From Clostridia bacterium (GTDB taxonomy: Bacteria; Bacillota; Clostridia; JAAYHZ01), in the NCBI GenBank assembly GCA_050950825.1, contig JBMNIH010000002.1, forward strand, positions 520,210 through 584,209: a stretch of 64,000 nucleotides of DNA, written 5' to 3'. Each line of letters begins with the position of its first letter. Within the stretch, counting starts at the first letter, position 1. Below are positions 49,801-58,722 of this stretch, piece by piece. A model generated the notes under the pieces. It was not told the DNA's origin, ran no database searches, and saw nothing but the letters and a program-made list of their open reading frames with translations. A program made the position numbers and the translations under genes.

Positions 49801-52800
49801 ATAACCCGGAAGGAGGATACGTCTATATTGACTGGGATGTTCCCGACGATCCCCAAGTAGATTATTACCGAGTCTATCGAAGCGAGGTTCCTTCGTTCAA
49901 GGAGCCGATAGACGAATCCAAGCTCGAGTGGACCTTGGTTGCCGATCTTTTGGAGAACCCCAAATACACGGAGAGAGTGGACCAATCATTTGCCCATTAT
50001 TACTATTACAAAGTCACAACCGTATCTCCTTGGGGCGTGGAGTCCGGCACAGGTGCGGTGCAGCGTTTTCGGGTACCGTCTACCAAGCCTCCTCAAACCC
50101 CGAACCTCCTTTTGCCCCTTCAAACGAAAGACGGTGTGAAGGTACAGTTCTCGGCGGTGAGTCATTGCGACCGGTACGAGATCTATCGAGCGGTTATTCC
50201 CAAATTGGGAGAAAAAGATATCAGCGAGCTGTTGAATTCGGACCGAGAGGTTCACGAAGCGTTGTTTTCGCCACCCTCCATAGAAGATACTTATTTGACA
50301 GACTTGTTAAATGATTATTTATTTCCGGGCTCAACCGCCGTCACGCTTCCGTCAGGCTTCGGGGGGAGTACAGGATCGTCTGCTGCCCAAAATGCAGTGT
50401 CGAACTCTTTACATTTCACCGTAAGTCCCATAACGAAATTAAAGACCATTACCCAATTTAATGTTGTTTCGGTCATCGATAATCTGAAGGTTATTGATAG
50501 CACCACATTACGGAAGACCTATAAAAATATCCTTGAGAAGTACGGTCCTTTGGCATTTGCGGATTATATAGACCTTAGCGAAAATATGATGAGAAAAGTA
50601 AAGTGGGAAAAGATCGGCGAAGTTCCTTCCGATTACAACACGACAGAAGAAGCGGGTCCTTTAGGGAATAAGCCCCTTTCCTTCACGGATACCACCGCAA
50701 TGTACGGTGTCCGATATCTTTACACGGTTCAGGCATGGAACGAGGATAATCTCGGCTCTTCGAGACCGGAACCGGTGGAGGCTACGCCCCGAAGAAATAG
50801 GCCTTTTGATCCTATCGACGGGCTTATCGGTGAGATTGACGAGGACGGGAAGGTTTCACTTTCGTGGAATACGCCGAAAATGTATCCTCTGACACCGGAA
50901 AAATGTCTCGAGGACACGGTAGGCTATATCGTTTACCGCTCGGATACCGCTGACGGAATCTATTACCAAGCAAGTCCTCTGTTGTTTGATAACAAGTGGA
51001 CGGATGAAGAAGCCGACCCTTACGCATTTAACCGGTACAAAGTAAAGGTTCTGGATACCGGCGGGTACTTATCGGAGTTTTCCCAAGCCGTTTTGGTGAG
51101 GAAACCCACGTACGTTCCGAGTTTGGTAACGGTGATTCCTTCCTTGGATATACTTACAATTTCCTTTGACAACAACAAATTCTCCATAACCGAGGGAGAA
51201 GCCTTTGAAACCGCATACAGCCTCAGCGGATTGGGCGACATCACGGTAAGTATAAAGGTCACCGGAGACTCGGGCCTATCGGCGACAGGGTTTTCAATCG
51301 ACCAAGAGGAATGCATCATCCGGGCCTCCCGGTCGCTGGCCCCCGGTACATATTATGTAACGGCTACGGCCAAAAACGAAGCCGGCGAGACGTCGGCATC
51401 CTTTACGCTGACGGTACAGAAAAAAACGGTTATAGCAAAGCCCGAGATTACCTTTGAAAAAGATAAATATACCGTCTCCCAAGGAGACCCCTTTGAGACC
51501 GTATATAGCCTGACAGGCACCGAACCCATAAACATTACAATGAAAGCCGTTACGGGAACCAATCTCTTAGCCGGTGGGTTTGCCGTAAATCCGGAAACAC
51601 GAAAGGTAACGGCGGAAAGCAATTTGAAGCCGGGGTCTTATCTTGTGACGGTAACCGCGAAAAACGAAGCGGGAGAAGCATCGGCATCCTTTACGCTGAC
51701 GGTTTCCGAAAAGCTTACGGTCATTCCGCCTTTCATCTCCTTTGACGGAAATGACTTTCATTCAACGGAAGGCGAAGAATTCAGCACCGTTTACGAGCTG
51801 ATCGGCACAAAACCCGTTACCGTTACGTTGAAAGCCGTTACGGCCGACGGAAAAGCTTCCGACGGATTCGTACCGGATCAAGCGTCATATACGATACGTA
51901 CGGAAAAAAGCTTAAAAGCGGGTATCTATCATGTTACGGTTACGGCGAAAAACGAAGCCGGTGAAACATCCGCCTCCTTTACGCTGACGGTTTCCGAAAA
52001 GCCTTCAGGCCAAGCGCCTGTCATTGCCTTTGACGGCGATAGCTTCCATATCGTCCAAGGCGACGAGTTCGGAACGGTTTACGAATTGAGCGGCACGGAA
52101 CCCGTTACCGTAACGGTTTCGGCAAAAAGTGCGGATACCGGTAAGCTTGCGGAAGGCTTCTCCGTAGATCAAAGCATGTATTTGGTAAAGGCGGGCCCCG
52201 ACTTGCCTGAAGGCACGTATATCGTCACCGTTACGGCCCAAAATGCGGCGGGCCAAAGCTCCGTGTCATTTACTCTAACCGTACGGCCGAGGATTACGGC
52301 GCCTAAGCTTTCCGAGCGGGAGGATAACTACAACTTCAAGATAACAACCGGTTCTTCCGATTTCAAGATACAATTGTATGCCGAGGGAACGGAGCCATTA
52401 AGATGGTCTTTAAGGTCATCATCTTCTCGTCTCAATACGCTGCCTTCCGAGGTCAGCATCGATAATAACGGTCTTTTAACGGTGAAAAAGGAGATTAAGG
52501 CGGGTACATACGGCTTTATTGTTCGAGTCGAAAACGAAGCCGGCGCCGATGAAAGAGCGATTACCTTGACGGTAACGGCATTGTTGAAGCCTTTTTCATC
52601 AAACGGCTCGTATCCGTCCATCAATAATTCGTATCTTTTGTTGTCCGGCACAAGTACACAGGTATTGAGTAATATTACGAAAACAGCGGTCACAACAAAC
52701 ATAAGTCCGACACCGGGATCGGCTAATCCCGGAACCTTCGTACCGACGCATGACTACGAAACGGATCTTATGAAATGCATGGGATTTGATCTGTTGGATG

Positions 52801-55800
52801 TAAAGTTGGATAGAGCTTACCTCACCGATTTCTACATCGGTACGGCGAGGCTGGATATCGGATACGATACCCCGATCAACGTTTCCATCACAAATGCCCA
52901 ATTCGAAGACGGAGGAGGCGCTTCCTTTAACGTATTGACAAAGGGAACGGTTTACCTTACGGAACCGGTGTACCTTGAAAGCATAGGCTTGACAATGGTA
53001 AGCTTGGATTTTTCTCCGAACCGAAAAGTTGCGAAGGTTAGCGGGTATCTGGAAAGTAGAAATCCGAATCAAAACTTGGCAGGTAGTCTTTACGTTTTGG
53101 AATTCCATAATGCCAAATTAAGCCCCGGGAAGATACAAATCACGAATAACCTGCCCCGCATACGCTATAAGCAGTTTACATTCGAACACTTGAACGATAT
53201 CACCATCCTGCTTGGCGCTTCCGGCGATCCGAATCAAATATTATTGGAAATGACCGGCGACGGCATCTATATGAAATCTCACTTGGAAACTCTCAGCAAT
53301 AAAGGATTGCAATTCGAGAACAGCGTCATGCGTTTTGATATGTCCGGAAAAATGGATGCCGAGTTTTCCACCTCCAAAGAGCAATTCTTGCAGTTGCTGG
53401 TACCGGGTGGTGCCGGATTGCGAATACAAAAAGCGGAGCTAAGATTTGTAGACGGAGAGGTGAAAAAAGACGGCAAGCTTTACGGCAAACTGGTGATTCC
53501 CTTTGAGAAGGCCTCCGCCGGGGGCTCTCTCGTTCCGGCGGTTTATGCGGGAGGGCATCCCGCCCACAGTACCATGGACGACCTTGCGGAAGGAGACGGA
53601 GAGCTTACGGACGGAGAAATGGTTACCATGGGAGACGTATTGGTACATTACGGCGAGGTCGTACAGCAAAACAGCCTTTTAATCCTACCCTCCGCCTTTT
53701 CACTTCAGGACAAATGCGCATCCGTTCCCATTACATTAAATAACTGGGATGGCGAAGGCTTCATGGTGGAATCCTCCGAGATGGACCCCGTGAGGGTGAC
53801 AAACCGCAATGTTTCCGGCGGTTCATCCCAAGACGGCTTTTATATCTATACACAACGTGCCCAGGCTGTCATCGTGTATCCTTCCGGCGTATCGTTAGAC
53901 TTAAGCCGCGATGCTTTCTTACCGGGAGCAGCCGGCTCTCAAAGCCAAGGCAATGACGAGGTAATTTTAACACCCAAGGAAACGCATATGCCGTTTTGGA
54001 CGGGTATCGTCATTAAAGGCGGAAAGCTTGAATTGCCATCGGCTTACCTAAAGCAAGAAAACGGCGGGAACATCGAGTTTGAATTGGCGGAAGGCGAGAT
54101 GATTTACGATTTAAACGGATTTAATTACCAAACCTATATGTACAGCAGTGATCCCGACGGTGTCCCGGCTTCCTTCGGTGATAATTTAGGCGGATTCAAG
54201 GATGTTCGGATTCAAGACTGTCTTTTGGATATGTATGCCAACCGCGTTAATCTGGAGGTTCATGCCAGAGTAAGAGTCGATCTTTTCCATCACAATTGGG
54301 TGGAAGCCAAGCTCTATACCGATGAGAAAGGCAAATTCATCTGCTCGGTGGCTCCTACGTTAATGGAAAACGGTTTTGCAGAAGGCATGGACTTGGCTAT
54401 CGACGGAGGATTCTTTGAGCCGGAAGGGTTAAGAATCAGCGGCAAGATCGTATTGCCTAAGCCCGGAACGGAAGGTTATGAGATCGGGTCAACGAAGCCT
54501 TTGGCGTTTAGTGACCTAATCGTACCCTCCGACCTAAACAAAATTCGCGAGCAGACCGGGGATAATCCTTACGGTACTGCATTCCTCGATAAAGCGGTAA
54601 CCATCGATTTTAAAGGTTTTCCGATGGAAATACGCAGTTTCGATATTAGCTATACCGCGCCGAAAAATTATGCGGTACCGAACACCGGACCGAAACCCGC
54701 TTGGATGGAGGTGACGCTACAAGGCGCAACGCAGCTTTCGGACACCATACCTTTATCCGATGAAACGACGGATTTATTGACAGTAAAATGTGCGGACGAA
54801 GAAGTTCTCCCGCAGGTCTTGTTTGACAAAACCTTCTCCGTCTTAAAGCATTCCTTTGACGGATGTATCGATGTTACCGGCAAGCTGATTCCCAAAAAGA
54901 TCGGCGGTGCAAGCGGTGCCGTCGAGTATGAAACCGATACGTTGGTCATCAACTTCTTAGGACAAAATCTTCAGGATTTGCCGGTAACTCATTATGCTCG
55001 TTTTGGAAAGGCGGATAATAAGTTCTACTTCGCCATAGGTCTTACGCCTAAAGGCGGAGCACCAATCAACTTCGGCGCCGGCAATATCGAAAAATTTACC
55101 GGATTGATAGCGCAAAACATGCAAATCGGAAAAGACGCCCAAGGCAAATTGACATTCCCGGACAAAGCCGGTGAAATGGAAAACTATATTAAAAATCTGC
55201 AGCCGGGCGGCGGAAAATTCGCGGGCGGTATAAAAGGCGAAATGACCGTCATCAAGCTATGCACAATCAAAAACTTGTACTTCGGGTTTGAACCCGGTCC
55301 GAAGGTTACCGCCGGCGGAAACGTATATATGCCTTTGGACATCGAATCCATTGTCAACGGTAACCCCACAAGACATATGGGCGAAGCCGTGATACAATAC
55401 CGGCATACCGACCGGTACTTTTCCTTCAACATGACCTTTGACCGAGTGGGAATCGTCTTGTTTGATTTCAGCGGCAGCATGGGGATGGAATACAGTCCGA
55501 AGCTGTTCGGCGTTCGAATCGGATATCCGGAAACACTGGCCACCAACTTCCAATTGGGACCCTTCCCTGTACGTGTCGGTATGGGATTGGGCTTTCGCAT
55601 TGACCAAGAGAACGAATCCATGGTTCAAGCAAAGCTTGAGTTCGGCCTTGAGAAAAACCTTGAAATATCCATCGTATATCTCCACGGCTATATATATGCC
55701 GGCGCAGACGGAGCCTATTATTGGGGCGGACCCCATGGCAACCGAATTGTTTTGGATCTTTATTTAAAAGGCGGTATTAACGGCGGAATACGAGCATTCG

Positions 55801-55976
55801 GTAAACGATACGACATTATCAGCTTTTACTTGGATGCTCACGGCACCCTGGCTTCCGGCAACAATTTCAAATCATGGGAGCTCGGATGCCGATGCACCGT
55901 AGGGTACAGCTTGGACTTATGGCTGACCGAAATCGAAGGCTCCGTCACTGCAAGCTTTGATACGACAATAGGATAA
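46860..55976 (+). CDS. Giant (3038 aa) N-terminally anchored surface protein: fibronectin-III-like domains, five Ig-like repeats, beta-rich C-terminal third
   Basis: AAGGAGG RBS; TM at about aa 20-40; Fn3-type motifs LRW..GYHIER, YKYWVSAWDSWNNES, YYRVYRS and YTVQAWNEDNLGS; repeats ending TAKNEAGE.SASFTLTV. Confidence 0.8.
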   Translation: MKQTNDPFRRIWKLFQTYPIPSLLVTCLVLGMIVTGILWGSGAFAPVPAFTYLPDREYILAPDTPSEPKTLKELLHSDTPDADILLKNPSIARELAQAEKLTDIVDSRLALNNLRTLDQQLAELLNDESMIVLDFSDESEASVAGLEASPDSSDSPDQPSPSFSPKNILILEEQRNKTMSLKSHTERLLKAPELGQMIGYPPTINVKGVWQSPDEALIHMVPSGDWLPEQGYKLYRVVNGQKTLIAEKLASPEKGLRGELKVLNADMIQELYKQADLSSDKLKALGMSADEFRNMAYRTFSSESKPRVNGEIDFLAMKQAMITVPAGYEQKIPETDRLLNSSIIVLGSQLSEPFTGNEANGFLWKKYSVNQANFPTPIDTLKLQPAGETKFSLAQQILAARQQISTLAFVNDEFAEAAGFLVRDDLSELNLPDGTQITYSVEMPAHANKEISVTKGVENNLTQPQKLLGYGIDGTAHLRWAEAESQQEKSILSGYHIERRLDGEKEFKKITDTPVVITYILDETNLYFQSPVFYEDTVDNGRTAEYRIYSIDIFGRRSEYSEILTVNVEKVTPPNAPTVEAPHFSNIEKLTGISVTSSEPEIGIAESPMVQLVQNANPGLPGVILPIFTDSPDTVRFTVYRATAVGAGKISAPEAVADIEYDNPKAGLSEEEIQPQLSLTSEFPKLKSSYRAFTLKKGLSKNVKYLQLTNPESLSPDMIFLDTDIVEGCTYKYWVSAWDSWNNESAWSRSVTMAVPTNAEPGIPDELYISMHQRQLIDTSAEPPGLLNNATVSFADLENRKDLPFRPVPAGSITETIESALTEGVTIGSFVTASSLFPSVIDFGYNNLPEDKYIHAIIAIRGEDVYPDGTARLKWPAYSGESLGGYIIYKAQFKMRPLEEIQQMSQEDILRMGRWKKMNTSANTQNQVLISGLNPIPGSLYLFLVCLQPDEPEENMFSSFFTTTMTSQLLYQTEYISHFLNNPEGGYVYIDWDVPDDPQVDYYRVYRSEVPSFKEPIDESKLEWTLVADLLENPKYTERVDQSFAHYYYYKVTTVSPWGVESGTGAVQRFRVPSTKPPQTPNLLLPLQTKDGVKVQFSAVSHCDRYEIYRAVIPKLGEKDISELLNSDREVHEALFSPPSIEDTYLTDLLNDYLFPGSTAVTLPSGFGGSTGSSAAQNAVSNSLHFTVSPITKLKTITQFNVVSVIDNLKVIDSTTLRKTYKNILEKYGPLAFADYIDLSENMMRKVKWEKIGEVPSDYNTTEEAGPLGNKPLSFTDTTAMYGVRYLYTVQAWNEDNLGSSRPEPVEATPRRNRPFDPIDGLIGEIDEDGKVSLSWNTPKMYPLTPEKCLEDTVGYIVYRSDTADGIYYQASPLLFDNKWTDEEADPYAFNRYKVKVLDTGGYLSEFSQAVLVRKPTYVPSLVTVIPSLDILTISFDNNKFSITEGEAFETAYSLSGLGDITVSIKVTGDSGLSATGFSIDQEECIIRASRSLAPGTYYVTATAKNEAGETSASFTLTVQKKTVIAKPEITFEKDKYTVSQGDPFETVYSLTGTEPINITMKAVTGTNLLAGGFAVNPETRKVTAESNLKPGSYLVTVTAKNEAGEASASFTLTVSEKLTVIPPFISFDGNDFHSTEGEEFSTVYELIGTKPVTVTLKAVTADGKASDGFVPDQASYTIRTEKSLKAGIYHVTVTAKNEAGETSASFTLTVSEKPSGQAPVIAFDGDSFHIVQGDEFGTVYELSGTEPVTVTVSAKSADTGKLAEGFSVDQSMYLVKAGPDLPEGTYIVTVTAQNAAGQSSVSFTLTVRPRITAPKLSEREDNYNFKITTGSSDFKIQLYAEGTEPLRWSLRSSSSRLNTLPSEVSIDNNGLLTVKKEIKAGTYGFIVRVENEAGADERAITLTVTALLKPFSSNGSYPSINNSYLLLSGTSTQVLSNITKTAVTTNISPTPGSANPGTFVPTHDYETDLMKCMGFDLLDVKLDRAYLTDFYIGTARLDIGYDTPINVSITNAQFEDGGGASFNVLTKGTVYLTEPVYLESIGLTMVSLDFSPNRKVAKVSGYLESRNPNQNLAGSLYVLEFHNAKLSPGKIQITNNLPRIRYKQFTFEHLNDITILLGASGDPNQILLEMTGDGIYMKSHLETLSNKGLQFENSVMRFDMSGKMDAEFSTSKEQFLQLLVPGGAGLRIQKAELRFVDGEVKKDGKLYGKLVIPFEKASAGGSLVPAVYAGGHPAHSTMDDLAEGDGELTDGEMVTMGDVLVHYGEVVQQNSLLILPSAFSLQDKCASVPITLNNWDGEGFMVESSEMDPVRVTNRNVSGGSSQDGFYIYTQRAQAVIVYPSGVSLDLSRDAFLPGAAGSQSQGNDEVILTPKETHMPFWTGIVIKGGKLELPSAYLKQENGGNIEFELAEGEMIYDLNGFNYQTYMYSSDPDGVPASFGDNLGGFKDVRIQDCLLDMYANRVNLEVHARVRVDLFHHNWVEAKLYTDEKGKFICSVAPTLMENGFAEGMDLAIDGGFFEPEGLRISGKIVLPKPGTEGYEIGSTKPLAFSDLIVPSDLNKIREQTGDNPYGTAFLDKAVTIDFKGFPMEIRSFDISYTAPKNYAVPNTGPKPAWMEVTLQGATQLSDTIPLSDETTDLLTVKCADEEVLPQVLFDKTFSVLKHSFDGCIDVTGKLIPKKIGGASGAVEYETDTLVINFLGQNLQDLPVTHYARFGKADNKFYFAIGLTPKGGAPINFGAGNIEKFTGLIAQNMQIGKDAQGKLTFPDKAGEMENYIKNLQPGGGKFAGGIKGEMTVIKLCTIKNLYFGFEPGPKVTAGGNVYMPLDIESIVNGNPTRHMGEAVIQYRHTDRYFSFNMTFDRVGIVLFDFSGSMGMEYSPKLFGVRIGYPETLATNFQLGPFPVRVGMGLGFRIDQENESMVQAKLEFGLEKNLEISIVYLHGYIYAGADGAYYWGGPHGNRIVLDLYLKGGINGGIRAFGKRYDIISFYLDAHGTLASGNNFKSWELGCRCTVGYSLDLWLTEIEGSVTASFDTTIG
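51150..52575 (+). repeat. Five tandem ~96-aa Ig-like repeats within the giant protein
   Basis: Each unit starts I(S/T/A)F(D/E) and ends G(T/S/I)YxVTxTAKNEAGExSASFTLTV; the fifth unit is more diverged. DNA GCATCCTTTACGCTGACGGT recurs. Confidence 0.85.
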
Positions 55977-56004
55977 AAAGAAAACCCTCATGTAAGAAAC
56001 GCTT

Positions 56005-56033
56005 AAAAAGAGGAGATCGGCTCTCCTCTTTTT
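56005..56033. terminator. Bidirectional terminator, copy 3 of the repeated hairpin
   Basis: AAAAAGAGGAGA-tcggc-TCTCCTCTTTTT after the giant ORF. Confidence 0.78.
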
Positions 56034-56059
56034 CGTTTGCATTTTACATATTAAACGAT

Positions 56060-56540
56060 ATCGGCTGTCACCGGTTATTCCGGATTATCTTTCCGGGCTC
56101 TCCCCAAGAACCGGCCGCCGAACCGCCCCAATGGAAATAGGCTTGGCCGGCGGTAAGTACCGGATGGATCCTTTTCATCCGCTCTTCCACGCTTAGAGTT
56201 TCATCGAACAGATACTCGTCCGCAAGCACATTTCGGACCTTTCGGTTTCCACGGCAACCTTCATTTTGTTCTCGCTATACCCTTCCGTATTTCCGAAATA
56301 GTCCGCAAGAGGCAGCAATTCTTCCGTGACCAAGTTGGCGGAAAAAACCTTCGTCTCACGAATACAGTCCTTGGTCAGCTTTTCTCCGCCGATACAGGCC
56401 ATGACCCCTATTTCCTTGTCAAAATAATAGCTGAACCGACAAAACAGCCTGAAATTCGGTGTTCCGTCCTTTTTGTACGTGCCGTAAGCAAACAACGTTT
56501 GGGGACAAAATCGGTTACTAATCGGTAAGGACTTTTTCAT
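56060..56540 (-). pseudogene. Flavin reductase-like (split-barrel) protein, apparently truncated or frameshifted
   Basis: PQTLFAYGTYKKDGTPNF, TKDCIRETKVFSANLVTE and ADYFGNTEG; the frame ends early at 56193, and a plausible C-terminal remnant (IHPVLTAGQAYF) follows out of frame. Confidence 0.55.
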
Positions 56541-56582
56541 GGATACCACTTCTTGCATATGCCTTGGCAATGCGGCAAAGGA

Positions 56583-56804
56583 CTATGCCGATTTTAATAT
56601 CGCAATGGCTTTTTTATACAGCGGATCGAACTCACAGCCGCAGCTACCGCACTCTTTGTCCGCTTCCTCGATGGCCGCGAGCAATTCTTTTTCGTCTCCT
56701 TTTCCGTCAAGCCATGCTTTGGAAGGAATCGAGATTGGATCCCATCCCGATTCGGCAAATTTCGATAAAATCCGGACCAATTCATCGTTATTTCTGTTGC
56801 CCAT
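56583..56804 (-). CDS. Small hypothetical protein with a CGSCGC motif
   Basis: AAGGAAG RBS; 73 aa; SGWDPI and ECGSCGCEFDPLYK. Confidence 0.7.
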   Translation of the reverse strand: MGNRNNDELVRILSKFAESGWDPISIPSKAWLDGKGDEKELLAAIEEADKECGSCGCEFDPLYKKAIAILKSA

Positions 56805-56861
56805 TTCTTACTTCTTCCTTTAAAATATTCTATATTTTCTTATGTCATTTGTACCTGCATA

Positions 56862-58504
56862 TTAATCGAAAACTTTATATATGGCTTCGGTTATCATTTC
56901 TTTAAACTCCTCGGCATTAACTGCATCGGCAATGCCGTTTTTGATTCGGTTTATGTTCCGGTCGGTATAGGGATTTTGAATGATTTCACCAAGCGCTTTC
57001 TCAAGATAACTCCGTCTTTTATCGCTTTGCGCCCTAATGGAAGCGGTATTTACCGTATCTGCGAATTTTGCATGAAGCTCGTTATCCGAATCGATTTTTT
57101 TGATCAAATGCGGATAGATTACTTGATAAGACCTTTCCTTGTATTCGTGTATGATATCATGTTTTCCGTATAAGAACGGTTTTTCGGAAAAATTCCCGAC
57201 CAAATTATAGAAGGCATAGATGGTATTTCTTTTTTCCGGTATAATCGTTTGTCCGTCCTCCGCAAATCGATAATGATTCATATTCAACAGCTGCGATCCG
57301 AAAGTCAAAATATCGGCCGCGTCTTTATCCGTCATAAGCCATTGCATGAAAATCAATGCTTTTTCGGGCTGGGTACTCGTAACGGGAACCATGATATGAA
57401 TAAAGGTATTAAACAGATGCGCAACAGGCGTAAAATCATTCATGAGAGCGAAGGAATATTTTTGGAATACGTTGTTCTTTTCATCGATCGTATTTCCCAC
57501 CAGATATTTCGTCGTGTCGGGATTCCAAAAACTCAATGTAATATCTTGCCCGCTTTCATCGGTATCATCGCTAAAATTAGACTCACCGCTTTCGACGGTA
57601 AAATATCCGTTTTTAATGAATTTGTAGAACAGTTCATAGAAGGTATCAATAACGGACGTATCTTCAATAAGCCGGGGAGTGCAGCTTTCATCGTTTATGT
57701 CAAAAACGATATCCGGATAACCGAAAAACCTATAATACCCGGAAGAGGTAACGGCATAATCCAATAAGGTATCAATCGCAACAAAAATTTTACGGAAACT
57801 TGAGTCCGGTTCATTACCGTGATACAAACCGTCCATAAATTCGTATAAAGCGTCCACACTGTTGATGCTATTGATATCGACTCCCGTTTCCCGGAGCAAA
57901 TCGTTTTTTACCTTTAAAAACGCCGTCTTCATTAGCGGTACCCCCGCATATATGGCGTAAATCTTGCCGTCGATAATTAAATTATCCTTTATTTGCGGAT
58001 ACCTTTCGAAGTTCAAGATGGCTTCGGGACAAAAGCGTTCCAAGTAGGGCGACAAATCCATGTACAAGCCTTGACGGATGAATTCTTGTCCCCAATGAAA
58101 GTCCGATTTGTCTTGAGTAGTGAATGTATTCACGGGAAAAATCAAGTCTCCCGATAAACCCGATTGTATATGAAGAGCTATATCGCTGCTTTTGCCTGCG
58201 GGGGCGGAAGAGACAAGTTTGAATTTTATGGAAATCCCAACTTCTCTTTGCAAAGGTTCGATAAGCTTACATAGTTGATCATGGCGTTGTCGTCGTTTTC
58301 ATACCGGACACCCCAACACCGATCATTAGTATATAGGATTTCCAAAGTCGTATCCGTCATAAAAGAAAGATTTTCATCCGGCGTTGCAACCTCCTGCAGG
58401 CGTATCCGAAGTTATCAAAGGGTCCGTGCTTTGGCTTTGGCAAGATGTCATAAAGGAGTACAAATATCCATACCATGAAAATTGACTTATGTCAATTTAC
58501 TCAT
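56862..58504 (-). pseudogene. Lipoprotein family copy with several frameshifts confined to the first ~250 nt
   Basis: The 463-aa ORF carries all conserved blocks. Upstream frames give FMTSCQSQ, PDENLSFMTDTTLEILYT and LSNLCKEKLGFP. Confidence 0.8.
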
Positions 58505-58722
58505 ACATCCGTACCTCGGAAAAAGGAATATTTTATGATTTATTATCGTGCATGATACATTTACTATCTATATTGTAATATTATCACTTTATAGGGTGGA
58601 GTCAATGTCTATGTTATATAAATTTCCTTTTTGCCGAAAAGCCGTTCTTTTTCAGTAAAAAAACAGGAGTCGCCTCCTGTTATGCAGCGGTAGAATTATT
58701 AAAATAAGGCACGGATTATTGC

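Noticed and set aside
39600-58504. Diversity-generating retroelement or invertase shufflon as the cause of lipoprotein variation
   Set aside because: No reverse transcriptase or site-specific recombinase in the window. Differences between copies are not adenine-specific, and all copies lie on the same strand without flanking inverted sites.
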